Shown: positions 46,290 to 56,097 of the stretch, piece after piece
Numbering within the stretch: position 1 is the first letter of the stretch
Layout of the letters: every line of letters starts with the position of its first letter
Source: Escherichia coli
GTDB taxonomy: Bacteria; Pseudomonadota; Gammaproteobacteria; Enterobacterales; Enterobacteriaceae
NCBI RefSeq assembly: GCF_013122565.1
Contig: NZ_CP053258.1
DNA length: 64,000 nt
Reading direction: 5' to 3' (one strand)
Notes under the pieces: generated by a model
What the model saw: the letters and a program-made list of their open reading frames with translations, nothing else
The model's database searches: none
Told to the model about the DNA's origin: nothing
Program-made: the position numbers and the translations under genes

Positions 46290-47042
46290 ATGATCCCGGA
46301 AAAGCGAATTATACGGCGCATTCAGTCTGGCGGTTGTGCTATCCATTGCCAGGATTGCAGCATCAGCCAGCTTTGCATCCCGTTCACACTCAACGAACAT
46401 GAGCTTGATCAGCTTGATAATATCATTGAGCGGAAGAAGCCTATTCAGAAAGGCCAGACGCTGTTTAAGGCTGGTGATGAACTTAAATCGCTTTATGCCA
46501 TCCGCTCCGGTACGATTAAAAGTTATACCATCACTGAGCAAGGCGACGAGCAAATCACTGGTTTCCATTTAGCAGGCGACCTGGTGGGATTTGACGCCAT
46601 CGGCAGCGGCCATCACCCGAGCTTCGCGCAGGCGCTGGAAACCTCGATGGTATGTGAAATCCCGTTCGAAACGCTGGACGATTTGTCCGGTAAAATGCCG
46701 AATCTGCGTCAGCAGATGATGCGTCTGATGAGCGGTGAAATCAAAGGCGATCAGGACATGATCCTGCTGTTGTCGAAGAAAAATGCCGAGGAACGTCTGG
46801 CTGCATTCATCTACAACTTGTCCCGTCGTTTTGCCCAACGCGGCTTCTCCCCTCGTGAATTCCGCCTGACGATGACTCGTGGCGATATCGGTAACTATCT
46901 GGGCCTGACGGTAGAAACCATCAGCCGTCTGCTGGGTCGCTTCCAGAAAAGCGGTATGCTGGCAGTCAAAGGTAAATACATCACCATCGAAAATAACGAT
47001 GCGCTGGCCCAGCTTGCTGGTCATACGCGTAACGTTGCCTGA
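46290..47042 (+). CDS. fnr: fumarate/nitrate reduction transcriptional regulator FNR
   Basis: Longest ORF starts at TTG 46233; ATG at 46290 ([24 protein letters not shown]...) gives the 250-aa FNR with its N-terminal Cys cluster and C-terminal HTH. Confidence 0.95.
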
Positions 47043-47193
47043 TTTTTCCGCATAACTCACTATCCTTCTGTCATATCATTAAATTTTTCTGATTTATTGA
47101 TCTGGCAGAAGGTTCATCACTGTTTCATTCACCAGATATGGGTTAATCTTTTAATTACAAACTGCGTTGACAGTTGTTGTAAGGAGACCCTGT

Positions 47194-48144
47194 ATGGCTA
47201 TGTATCAGAACATGCTCGTTGTTATCGATCCTAACCAGGACGACCAACCAGCATTGCGGCGAGCTGTTTATTTACATCAACGGATTGGTGGCAAAATTAA
47301 AGCCTTTTTGCCGATCTATGACTTCTCATACGAAATGACCACCCTGCTCTCCCCGGACGAACGTACCGCTATGCGTCAGGGCGTCATCAGCCAGCGTACA
47401 GCCTGGATCCACGAGCAGGCAAAATATTATCTCAATGCTGGCGTTCCCATTGAAATTAAAGTGGTCTGGCATAACCGTCCTTTCGAAGCCATCATTCAGG
47501 AAGTGATCAGCGGCGGGCACGATTTGGTGCTAAAAATGGCGCACCAACATGACCGTCTGGAAGCGGTGATTTTTACGCCAACGGACTGGCATCTGTTACG
47601 CAAATGCCCAAGCCCGGTATGGATGGTGAAAGACCAGCCGTGGCCGGAAGGGGGTAAGGCGCTGGTGGCGGTGAATCTCGCCAGTGAAGAGCCGTATCAT
47701 AATGCGCTCAATGAAAAACTGGTCAAAGAGACGATCGAACTGGCAGAACAAGTCAACCATACCGAAGTTCATCTGGTTGGCGCTTACCCAGTAACGCCAA
47801 TTAATATCGCGATTGAACTGCCGGAATTTGATCCGAGCGTTTATAACGATGCCATTCGTGGGCAACATTTGCTGGCAATGAAAGCTCTGCGGCAGAAATT
47901 CGGCATTAATGAAAACATGACGCACGTAGAAAAAGGTCTGCCAGAAGAGGTGATTCCTGATTTGGCGGAGCACTTACAGGCGGGGATTGTGGTTCTGGGC
48001 ACGGTCGGACGCACCGGTATTTCAGCAGCATTCCTCGGCAACACGGCGGAACAGGTGATTGATCATCTTCGCTGCGATCTGTTGGTCATTAAACCTGACC
48101 AGTATCAGACACCCGTTGAACTGGATGACGAAGAAGACGATTAA
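47194..48144 (+). CDS. uspE: universal stress protein E (tandem Usp domains)
   Basis: ATG at 47194 preceded by AAGGAGA; 316 aa. Confidence 0.9.
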   Translation: MAMYQNMLVVIDPNQDDQPALRRAVYLHQRIGGKIKAFLPIYDFSYEMTTLLSPDERTAMRQGVISQRTAWIHEQAKYYLNAGVPIEIKVVWHNRPFEAIIQEVISGGHDLVLKMAHQHDRLEAVIFTPTDWHLLRKCPSPVWMVKDQPWPEGGKALVAVNLASEEPYHNALNEKLVKETIELAEQVNHTEVHLVGAYPVTPINIAIELPEFDPSVYNDAIRGQHLLAMKALRQKFGINENMTHVEKGLPEEVIPDLAEHLQAGIVVLGTVGRTGISAAFLGNTAEQVIDHLRCDLLVIKPDQYQTPVELDDEEDD

Positions 48145-48165
48145 CGACTCTTCAATAACTGACAA

Positions 48166-48192
48166 GGCCCGAGTTATCGGGCCTATTTTTTA
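48166..48192 (+). terminator. intrinsic terminator of uspE
   Basis: Stem GGCCCGA / TCGGGCC with loop GTTA, followed by TATTTTTTA. Confidence 0.8.
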
Positions 48193-48193
48193 C

Positions 48194-48451
48194 TTACTGC
48201 TCTTCGCCGCCAAGGAAATAAATTCCCAACGGGATTGCCAGCAACACAGTAAAGACCAGGCTATAAACAAAAATCATCGATGACTGAATCACATACATTG
48301 ATGTCGTCCACTCAGACAGCGGAATATTGTACTGTTCTATAACGCCGCCGATAGTCGCGCGAGTCACAACCGACGCCGCAATAATGAAAACCGCCAACAA
48401 ACCAAAGAGAAATTTCTTCCCTTTCGCTGACTTCAGTTTCGCCATAATCAT
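48194..48451 (-). CDS. ynaJ: small inner-membrane protein YnaJ
   Basis: 85-aa ORF with two predicted transmembrane helices. Confidence 0.75.
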   Translation of the reverse strand: MIMAKLKSAKGKKFLFGLLAVFIIAASVVTRATIGGVIEQYNIPLSEWTTSMYVIQSSMIFVYSLVFTVLLAIPLGIYFLGGEEQ

Positions 48452-48694
48452 GATGTAATCCTTGTGCAGACAAATTTCTTGTTACCTAAACGTAACAATA
48501 CCATGACATTTCACCGTTGTCTGCTCTGAAAAGCTCACCTCTTAGCTGGATTTACAATCAACGCATTGATTAGTTAGCTAATGTTGCTACTTCCTTCCCT
48601 GACTATTGATGATCTGAATGAATTGTCGCGGTAAAATAGCCCCGCCAGGGGTTTCCGGCATGACGACAATTATCTGGAGGAGCCTGATAAAACA

Positions 48695-49726
48695 ATGATC
48701 GCTGAACTGTTTACAAATAATGCGCTTAATCTGGTCATTATTTTCGGTAGCTGCGCAGCATTGATTCTGATGAGCTTTTGGTTTCGCCGCGGAAATCGTA
48801 AAAGAAAAGGCTTTTTATTCCATGCGGTGCAATTTTTAATCTACACCATAATTATCAGTGCTGTTGGTAGCATTATTAATTATGTTATAGAAAACTATAA
48901 ACTCAAATTTATCACCCCAGGCGTTATCGATTTTATCTGTACGTCCCTGATTGCGGTTATTCTGACGATTAAGCTATTTTTGCTGATTAATCAGTTTGAA
49001 AAACAGCAGATTAAAAAAGGTCGCGATATCACCAGTGCGCGGATTATGTCGCGCATTATCAAAATCACCATTATTGTGGTGCTTGTTCTGCTTTATGGCG
49101 AACATTTCGGCATGAGCCTTTCTGGCTTGTTGACCTTTGGTGGTATTGGTGGTCTGGCTGTCGGTATGGCCGGTAAAGATATTTTGAGTAACTTCTTTTC
49201 CGGGATCATGCTCTATTTCGACCGTCCTTTTAGTATTGGCGACTGGATCCGTTCACCGGACAGAAATATCGAAGGTACAGTAGCGGAAATTGGCTGGCGA
49301 ATTACCAAGATTACGACTTTTGATAATCGTCCATTGTACGTACCGAACTCGCTGTTTTCGTCGATCAGCGTAGAAAACCCAGGACGAATGACCAACCGGC
49401 GCATTACCACGACCATTGGTTTACGTTATGAGGATGCGGCAAAAGTGGGCGTTATTGTCGAAGCCGTACGTGAGATGCTGAAAAATCACCCGGCCATTGA
49501 CCAGCGACAAACCTTACTGGTTTATTTCAACCAGTTTGCTGACTCCTCATTGAATATTATGGTTTATTGCTTTACCAAAACCACGGTATGGGCTGAATGG
49601 CTTGCTGCACAGCAAGACGTTTATTTGAAGATTATCGATATTGTACAGTCACACGGCGCGGACTTTGCCTTCCCCAGCCAGACGCTGTATATGGATAACA
49701 TTACACCGCCGGACCAGGGTCGCTAA
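48695..49726 (+). CDS. ynaI: MscS-family mechanosensitive channel
   Basis: 343-aa ORF with N-terminal transmembrane helices and an MscS-like beta domain. Confidence 0.85.
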   Translation: MIAELFTNNALNLVIIFGSCAALILMSFWFRRGNRKRKGFLFHAVQFLIYTIIISAVGSIINYVIENYKLKFITPGVIDFICTSLIAVILTIKLFLLINQFEKQQIKKGRDITSARIMSRIIKITIIVVLVLLYGEHFGMSLSGLLTFGGIGGLAVGMAGKDILSNFFSGIMLYFDRPFSIGDWIRSPDRNIEGTVAEIGWRITKITTFDNRPLYVPNSLFSSISVENPGRMTNRRITTTIGLRYEDAAKVGVIVEAVREMLKNHPAIDQRQTLLVYFNQFADSSLNIMVYCFTKTTVWAEWLAAQQDVYLKIIDIVQSHGADFAFPSQTLYMDNITPPDQGR

Positions 49727-49736
49727 ATCAGACATC

Positions 49737-49766
49737 ACTGGCGTTATCCACAAGGGTAACGCCAGT
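49737..49766. terminator. 10-bp-stem hairpin between convergent ynaI and mppA
   Basis: ACTGGCGTTA pairs with TAACGCCAGT, loop of 10 nt; likely a bidirectional terminator. Confidence 0.55.
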
Positions 49767-49776
49767 TCCCATCACA

Positions 49777-51390
49777 TCAATGCTTCACAATATACATAGT
49801 CCGACTGTACGCCACATCTTCCGGGTTATTAATGGGATAACCTTTCAGCCACGGCTTGATTAATCGTCCATTGGTATATTGATAAATTGGTGCAATCGGT
49901 GCTTGCTCCATGAGGATTTTTTCTGCCGCATTGTAATCGGCATTACGCGCTTTAACGGTATTTTCCGTTGATGCCTGGGCCAGTACTTTGTCGTATGCCG
50001 GATTGTTAAAGCGTGAAATATTTCCTGAATGCGTTGACGTTAATAATGTCAGGAAAGTGGAGGGTTCATTATAATCCCCTACCCACGAGGCTCGGATAAC
50101 ATCAAAATTGCCGGTGTTACGGCTATCGATATAGGTTTTCCATTCCTGATTTTGCAATTTAACATCTACGCCAAGGTTCTTTTTCCACATCGATGCTACA
50201 GCAATCGCAATTTTTTGATGGTTTTCTGAAGTGTTATACAAAAGCGTCAGCTTCAGCGGTTTTTGCGGACCATAACCAGCTGCGCTCAACAAAGTTTTTG
50301 CCTGCGCATTCAGTTCTTCCTGACTCATTTGTTCAAACGGCGAAGGCTCCGGCGTAAAACCGGCAGTAACATCTGGTGTAAAATGCCACGCTGGCTTTTC
50401 ACCCGTCCCCAACACTTTTTCGGTCATCAGGCGGCGATCTATCGTCATACTTAATGCCAGACGAACGCGCTGATCTGCCGTCGGCCCTTTTTGCGTGTTA
50501 AACGCATAATAATAGGTCCCGAGCTGCGGCGGCGTATAAACCTGCCCCGGAATATCCTTCAACAGCTTCTGATACATATTTTTCGGGAAGGATTCGGTGA
50601 TATCAATATCCCCCGCGAGATAACGCTTAGTGGCTGCGGATTCCTGATTAATTGGCAGGAAGGTCACTTTTTGCAGCACCGTTTTGGCGTTATCCCAATA
50701 ATGGGTATTCGGTACCACGACCAGTTTTTCATTGACTACGCGCTCTTTAAGAACATAAGCGCCATTACCGATCAGATTTCCGGGTTTCGTCCACTCTTTA
50801 CTGCTTTCTACGTTGGCTTTTTGCACCGGGAAGAAGGCAAAGTTAGCGGTTAAATTCACAAACCACGGCAACGGTTTATCAAGCTGGATTTTCAAAGTAT
50901 GGGCATCAACTGCGGTGACGCCAAGCTGGTCAGGCGCGGCTTTACCATCAATAATCGCCTGTGCGTTGTTGATTCCCGCCAGCGCGGCAAACCATGCAAA
51001 TGGCGACAATGTTTTTGGGTCCACCAGACGTTGCCAGCTGTAGACAAAATCTTGCGCCGTTACCGGTGTGCCATCCGCCCATTTTGCGTTATCGCGCAGG
51101 GTAAAAGTCCAGATACGGTTGTCATTACTTTTCCACTGAGTCGCAACGCCGGGGACAATCTCCCCTTTCTCGTTCTGATTCACCAGTCCTTCAAACAGAT
51201 CGCGAATGACCTGAATCTCTGGCAGGCCCACGGCTTTAGCGGGATCCAGCGACGCAGGCTCATCTTTAATGTGGCGCACCAGCTCCTGCTTCTCTGCCAG
51301 TACTGTGCCGCTCGGAACTTCTGCAGCATACGAAAGAGAAATGCTGCTGACCAACAGCGCACAACACGTGACTGAAACAGAGTGCTTCAT
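49777..51390 (-). CDS. mppA: periplasmic murein tripeptide-binding protein
   Basis: Longest ORF is 544 aa; ATG at 51390 (MKHSVSVT...) preceded by AGAGGGA gives 537 aa; signal peptide; OppA-like solute-binding protein. Confidence 0.9.
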   Translation of the reverse strand: MKHSVSVTCCALLVSSISLSYAAEVPSGTVLAEKQELVRHIKDEPASLDPAKAVGLPEIQVIRDLFEGLVNQNEKGEIVPGVATQWKSNDNRIWTFTLRDNAKWADGTPVTAQDFVYSWQRLVDPKTLSPFAWFAALAGINNAQAIIDGKAAPDQLGVTAVDAHTLKIQLDKPLPWFVNLTANFAFFPVQKANVESSKEWTKPGNLIGNGAYVLKERVVNEKLVVVPNTHYWDNAKTVLQKVTFLPINQESAATKRYLAGDIDITESFPKNMYQKLLKDIPGQVYTPPQLGTYYYAFNTQKGPTADQRVRLALSMTIDRRLMTEKVLGTGEKPAWHFTPDVTAGFTPEPSPFEQMSQEELNAQAKTLLSAAGYGPQKPLKLTLLYNTSENHQKIAIAVASMWKKNLGVDVKLQNQEWKTYIDSRNTGNFDVIRASWVGDYNEPSTFLTLLTSTHSGNISRFNNPAYDKVLAQASTENTVKARNADYNAAEKILMEQAPIAPIYQYTNGRLIKPWLKGYPINNPEDVAYSRTMYIVKH

Positions 51391-51572
51391 AAGTTTCCCT
51401 CTAACCGACATTAAAATTGATGCGTAATTATTTGTTTCGCCTTAAAGAAATGCAAACAACTTCCATCAAAAAAGTGATACAAGATCGATAACATAGCGTT
51501 GAAGAAAAGGATTTGATAATCCGCAAAATTTGCACAACACTGCCTGTAATACTTCCTGAACCAGAGACGATC

Positions 51573-52301
51573 ATGACCGTAACCCGCCCACGCGCCGAAC
51601 GCGGCGCATTTCCGCCCGGAACAGAACATTACGGACGTTCATTATTGGGCGCGCCGTTAATCTGGTTTCCGGCCCCTGCAGCCAGTCGCGAAAGTGGTTT
51701 GATACTGGCTGGCACTCACGGTGATGAAAACTCTTCGGTCGTCACGCTCTCCTGTGCTCTGCGGACTTTGACACCGTCTTTGCGCCGCCATCATGTGGTG
51801 CTGTGTGTGAATCCTGACGGCTGCCAGTTGGGGTTACGGGCCAATGCTAATGGTGTGGATTTAAACAGAAACTTTCCTGCGGCGAACTGGAAGGAAGGTG
51901 AAACGGTTTATCGCTGGAACAGCGCCGCTGAAGAACGTGATGTTGTATTACTGACAGGTGACAAACCTGGCTCCGAACCTGAAACCCAGGCGCTGTGCCA
52001 GCTTATACACCGCATTCAACCTGCCTGGGTGGTCTCATTCCACGATCCACTGGCTTGTATTGAAGATCCCAGACACAGCGAATTAGGCGAATGGCTGGCC
52101 CAGGCGTTTGAATTGCCTCTGGTAACCAGCGTCGGTTATGAAACGCCTGGCTCTTTCGGCAGTTGGTGTGCAGATCTCAACTTGCATTGCATCACCGCAG
52201 AGTTTCCGCCCATCTCCTCCGACGAAGCCAGCGAAAAATATCTCTTTGCGATGGCAAACTTGCTGCGCTGGCATCCTAAAGATGCAATTCGCCCGTCGTG
52301 A
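51573..52301 (+). CDS. mpaA: murein peptide amidase A (zinc carboxypeptidase-like)
   Basis: Longest ORF starts at 51513; ATG at 51573 (MTVTRPRAERG...) gives 242 aa; 3' end overlaps convergent ycjG by 26 nt. Confidence 0.85.
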   Translation: MTVTRPRAERGAFPPGTEHYGRSLLGAPLIWFPAPAASRESGLILAGTHGDENSSVVTLSCALRTLTPSLRRHHVVLCVNPDGCQLGLRANANGVDLNRNFPAANWKEGETVYRWNSAAEERDVVLLTGDKPGSEPETQALCQLIHRIQPAWVVSFHDPLACIEDPRHSELGEWLAQAFELPLVTSVGYETPGSFGSWCADLNLHCITAEFPPISSDEASEKYLFAMANLLRWHPKDAIRPS

Positions 52302-53241
52302 ACTGAAGCGCCGGTTCCACATCTACCGCCAGCCAGGTCGGTCCGTCAAGATCGGCGAAACTGACCTGCGGCACCAGCGGTAAAGCGGCGCTAATGGCAC
52401 GAGAGGTACACAACATGCAGCCCAGCATCAGACGAAAACCTTGTGCACGTGCTTCAGTCGCCAGCGCCAGCGCTTCCGTCAGACCGCCGGTTTTATCGAG
52501 CTTAATGTTAACCATCTCATAGCGCCCTTTCAGCGCCTTCAGATTGCTACGAGTATGACAACTTTCATCAGCACAAATCGGCAACGGATGAATAAAATTC
52601 TCCAGCGCCGCATCGTCCTGCGCAGGAAGCGGTTGTTCAAGCATCGCAACGCCTAAATCCGCCAATAGCTGGCAACGCGCCGCCAACCCTTCTGCACGCC
52701 AGGATTCATTTGCGTCAACGATCAGCGTGGCATCGGGCACAGCTGTGCGAATTGCCACCATCCGCTCACTGATAAGATGGTTATCCAGCTTCACTTTCAG
52801 TAATTTCGCGCCTGCCTGCCAGAGTGTTGATGCACTATTGGCCATCTGATCAGGCGTACCGATGACTACCGTCTGGGCAGTGGTGACTGTCTCGGGAAGC
52901 GTTATGCCGATCAAATCAGCCAGCGTTTGCTGCTGTTTTCGCGCCGCCAGATCCCACAATGCACAATCCAGCGCATTACGTGCTGCGCCGGCAGGGAGAA
53001 TTTTTTGCAACTCCTCCCGTGTCAGCCCTTTCTCTAATTGCGGCACGACGCTTATAATTTGCGCCATTACCGAGGCATCACTTTCTCCATAACGCGGATA
53101 CGGCGTGCATTCACCGGTGCCTTTAATACCCTCTTCTTCCAGTTCAACCACCACCACGCGCGCTTCACTGCGACTTCCCCGGGCAATCACAAACGGGGTA
53201 TGTAAGGGCCAGGCTTCCTCAAATACCTTAACGGTTCTCAT
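52276..53241 (-). CDS. ycjG: L-Ala-D/L-Glu epimerase (enolase superfamily)
   Basis: Longest ORF is 335 aa; ATG at 53241 (MRTVKVFEE...) gives 321 aa. Confidence 0.85.
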   Translation of the reverse strand: MRTVKVFEEAWPLHTPFVIARGSRSEARVVVVELEEEGIKGTGECTPYPRYGESDASVMAQIISVVPQLEKGLTREELQKILPAGAARNALDCALWDLAARKQQQTLADLIGITLPETVTTAQTVVIGTPDQMANSASTLWQAGAKLLKVKLDNHLISERMVAIRTAVPDATLIVDANESWRAEGLAARCQLLADLGVAMLEQPLPAQDDAALENFIHPLPICADESCHTRSNLKALKGRYEMVNIKLDKTGGLTEALALATEARAQGFRLMLGCMLCTSRAISAALPLVPQVSFADLDGPTWLAVDVEPALQFTTGELHL

Positions 53242-53359
53242 CTTTACTCCTTGTTGTCGCGGTGGTCTGCGGATTAAGCGCAAATAGCGTTTGCTGTGTT
53301 ATTGACAGTTAGCATAAACTAGGTGTGACGTTAACTATATGTAAACAGGAAAGATAATC

Positions 53360-53863
53360 ATGTCACAAACCGTTCATTTCCAGGGCAACCCGGTTACAGT
53401 CGCCAACTCCATCCCGCAGACGGGTAGCAAAGCGCAGACTTTTACTCTCGTGGCAAAAGATCTGTCTGACGTCACCCTCGGTCAGTTTGCGGGTAAACGC
53501 AAAGTGCTGAACATTTTCCCGAGTATTGATACCGGTGTTTGCGCCGCATCAGTACGTAAGTTTAACCAACTGGCAACCGAGATCGACAACACCGTTGTGC
53601 TGTGTATCTCTGCCGATCTGCCGTTCGCCCAGTCTCGTTTCTGCGGCGCAGAAGGTCTGAACAACGTTATCACCCTCTCCACTTTCCGTAACGCTGAATT
53701 TCTGCAAGCCTACGGTGTGGCAATTGCTGATGGCCCACTGAAAGGTCTGGCAGCGCGTGCCGTTGTGGTTATTGATGAAAATGACAACGTGATTTTCAGC
53801 CAGCTGGTGGATGAAATCACCACCGAGCCGGATTACGAAGCAGCTCTGGCTGTACTGCGCTAA
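53360..53863 (+). CDS. tpx: thiol peroxidase
   Basis: 167-aa ORF starting [20 protein letters not shown] with peroxidatic Cys motif (SIDTGVC). Confidence 0.95.
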   Translation: MSQTVHFQGNPVTVANSIPQTGSKAQTFTLVAKDLSDVTLGQFAGKRKVLNIFPSIDTGVCAASVRKFNQLATEIDNTVVLCISADLPFAQSRFCGAEGLNNVITLSTFRNAEFLQAYGVAIADGPLKGLAARAVVVIDENDNVIFSQLVDEITTEPDYEAALAVLR

Positions 53864-53871
53864 ACAACTGT

Positions 53872-53910
53872 GCCGTTCACTGAATCACCACCGGTGAACG
53901 GCAGTTTTTT
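53872..53910 (+). terminator. intrinsic terminator of tpx
   Basis: Stem GCCGTTCAC (53872..53880) / GTGAACGGC (53894..53902), then AG + T6 (53905..53910), 9 nt after the tpx stop. Confidence 0.85.
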
Positions 53911-54017
53911 GATCTACCAGTCCCACTATTTTCCAGAGTTCCTGCCACTATTCCCCCTAACCGTTGTGCATTAAGATTGCTCTTTGCCAATATTGGCCCA
54001 GCGGAGTGATGACTATT

Positions 54018-56060
54018 ATGGATGATAAACAAATTACGGTCTGGCTTAAACACAATTGCTGTTCAACGGACATTCCTGCCATTGCCGAGGCACTAACGAA
54101 CCATGCAGAATGGCTTTTAGAGCTAGCGCCAGATCCTATTGAACAAGGTAGTTCATGTTTACCGCCGACAGCTGCAGCCGGTATTTTTCTTGGCGCAGCG
54201 GCGATGGTTCACTGCGGCGAGGCTAGTGGTGCAGAAACCTGGCTCGAAGCAGCCATTACTGATTACCATTTCTTTAATCCAAATGGATATAGTTCATGGA
54301 GAGGCAGTACGCCTGTTTTTACAGCATTATCGCGTTACCCGGCATTAAGAATGGTGTTATTTAACGCCGCTTGCGCAATGGAAGACTGGAATAAAGCATC
54401 CGCTGTTCTTGAATCGCTTTTCCATGCCAGCGATGTCCCGGAAGATAACCCTGTCGCCCCAAATTTTACCCCTTATGCGCTGAAAGCGTTTATCGCGGAT
54501 TACCACCCGTTAGGACCAGCTCATTATGATGAAACCTGGTTGCTGGCAAAACAAGCGTGGTTAATTAATGCGAGCGTTCTGGATGAGCGAACCTGCAATA
54601 CCTGGAAGCAATATACCCGCCACTTGCGCCATTTGATCCACAATGCACAGTTTGCCGATGCGCTCTCTTTTGTACGCAGTAAAAAAGAACCGTTAAATCA
54701 TATCCATACCTACTCAGACTTTTATCTGTATGCGATTGGTTTATTTTCTTATACTGGTCAGCTAAATGAAGCGCTGACCTGGATAAAACAGTTAATCCAC
54801 AACAATGATGGTCATTTCTGTGATCTTTTCGTTTCAACTGGCAAAGAGCGCCGAATAAAGCCTGAACTTAGTACCTTGCTGAATAATCTCTTGCACAGCG
54901 CAGAGTTTCAGGCGTTGCAGGATAAATATCTCACCGTCGGACATGATGTTGTGCATTCTGGTCCCTTCATGTCAGTTTATGAAAAGGTTCTTGGCGGAAA
55001 GTCCCGAAAGCGCTGCGCGATTAGTCGAAAATTAATCTCGCCCGGCGAAGCGGTTTATGAATATCGTCAGCTGGATAGTGTGGCATATATTGCAGCGAAA
55101 GCGGCCTTTCAGGCATCTGCGCTAAATAATATCGCCCTCCGGCATACAAATGATAGTTATCAGTGGCAGGATTTTGCCGCCCAATGGCCTCGTCGGGGTG
55201 CGCTTTCTCACCCGGATATTGCCCGTTATATGTTTGAGCGCCAGAAAGGGAAATGTTTTGATGCCGCAGAGTTTATTCAACTGATTGCCGAACCGTTTGT
55301 CTTTCCGATGCGTTTCAGATGGGTTGCCGGGTTGTCCTTTGAATTACATCAGTACCCGGATGCCTATTTCGTAAATGACAATATGGCGGGTGAATTTGTT
55401 AATCTCTGCTGGATGGCTATAAAATGCGGACATGCTGGCGACATTTTTAAACAACTGGCGAAGGAGTCGCATGACGTTGCCGACCCTATTTACGCTATGC
55501 TCGCCACGTTTGACCGCGCTGATTGCCGCAGCGCTGCCGCCGCGCACTTTGGACGACCGGAGCTTGCGGAAATAATGGCGCTGGCTTTCAGTTCGAGGTT
55601 ATCGCTCGACAGCGTCCTTACCATCGCTGAGTTTGGTAAAAATCAGCCGCGCTTTTCACATGCGTTGGCAACGGCCCTCCTGCGTTACAACCTGCACATC
55701 TACTCAAACTATATGCCGCAGGTTAACTGGTTCCTTCAGGGGCTGGAACACTATGCTTTGGCAAAAGGCGGTCAACTTTTAAATTTCTTTGTGCATATTC
55801 CAGAACAAATTCCCGTTCTGGCGACCATGCTGGAACATGGCGTATTAGTGCGTGGGATCGGTGAAGGTGCCTATGATGGTTATGATAATTCAGCAAATTC
55901 ATTTCATCATGCCGCCGTGATGCACTGCCTCACGCACGCGCCGGAAAAAGTTCGCTACTGGATGGAAACACCCTGGATTCAGAACTATTTAGTGAATGCG
56001 CCGCTGCGTCAAACGGCGCGCCATGTGGAAGCCTGGCATAAAAAGTTTGGCATCAAATGA
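54018..56060 (+). CDS. uncharacterized ~680-aa protein with no recognisable motif, encoded on an insertion between tpx and tyrR
   Basis: Uninterrupted ORF (longest form from TTG 53964, 698 codons); ATG at 54018 sits about 7 nt after a GGAGTGAT Shine-Dalgarno-like sequence (alternative ATG at 54009). No Walker A, HTH, signal peptide or nuclease motif seen; rare codons CGA and ATA are used; bounded by the tpx terminator and an inverted repeat at the tyrR 3' end. Confidence 0.7.
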   Translation: MDDKQITVWLKHNCCSTDIPAIAEALTNHAEWLLELAPDPIEQGSSCLPPTAAAGIFLGAAAMVHCGEASGAETWLEAAITDYHFFNPNGYSSWRGSTPVFTALSRYPALRMVLFNAACAMEDWNKASAVLESLFHASDVPEDNPVAPNFTPYALKAFIADYHPLGPAHYDETWLLAKQAWLINASVLDERTCNTWKQYTRHLRHLIHNAQFADALSFVRSKKEPLNHIHTYSDFYLYAIGLFSYTGQLNEALTWIKQLIHNNDGHFCDLFVSTGKERRIKPELSTLLNNLLHSAEFQALQDKYLTVGHDVVHSGPFMSVYEKVLGGKSRKRCAISRKLISPGEAVYEYRQLDSVAYIAAKAAFQASALNNIALRHTNDSYQWQDFAAQWPRRGALSHPDIARYMFERQKGKCFDAAEFIQLIAEPFVFPMRFRWVAGLSFELHQYPDAYFVNDNMAGEFVNLCWMAIKCGHAGDIFKQLAKESHDVADPIYAMLATFDRADCRSAAAAHFGRPELAEIMALAFSSRLSLDSVLTIAEFGKNQPRFSHALATALLRYNLHIYSNYMPQVNWFLQGLEHYALAKGGQLLNFFVHIPEQIPVLATMLEHGVLVRGIGEGAYDGYDNSANSFHHAAVMHCLTHAPEKVRYWMETPWIQNYLVNAPLRQTARHVEAWHKKFGIK

Positions 56061-56068
56061 ACGTTGCC

Positions 56069-56089
56069 GCTGCGCCTGAACGGCGCAGC
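56069..56089. terminator. inverted repeat between the inserted ORF and the tyrR 3' end
   Basis: 8-bp stem GCTGCGCC / GGCGCAGC with loop TGAAC, between the ORF stop (56060) and the tyrR stop (56098); no U-run, so terminator function is uncertain. Confidence 0.4.
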
Positions 56090-56097
56090 CAGCACAA

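Noticed and set aside
53964-54017. Longer TTG-initiated form of the inserted ORF (698 codons from 53964), or the ATG at 54009.
   Set aside because: No Shine-Dalgarno precedes the TTG, and the ATG at 54009 is only 2 nt after GGAG. The ATG at 54018 has the best spacing, but the start is not settled without experimental data.
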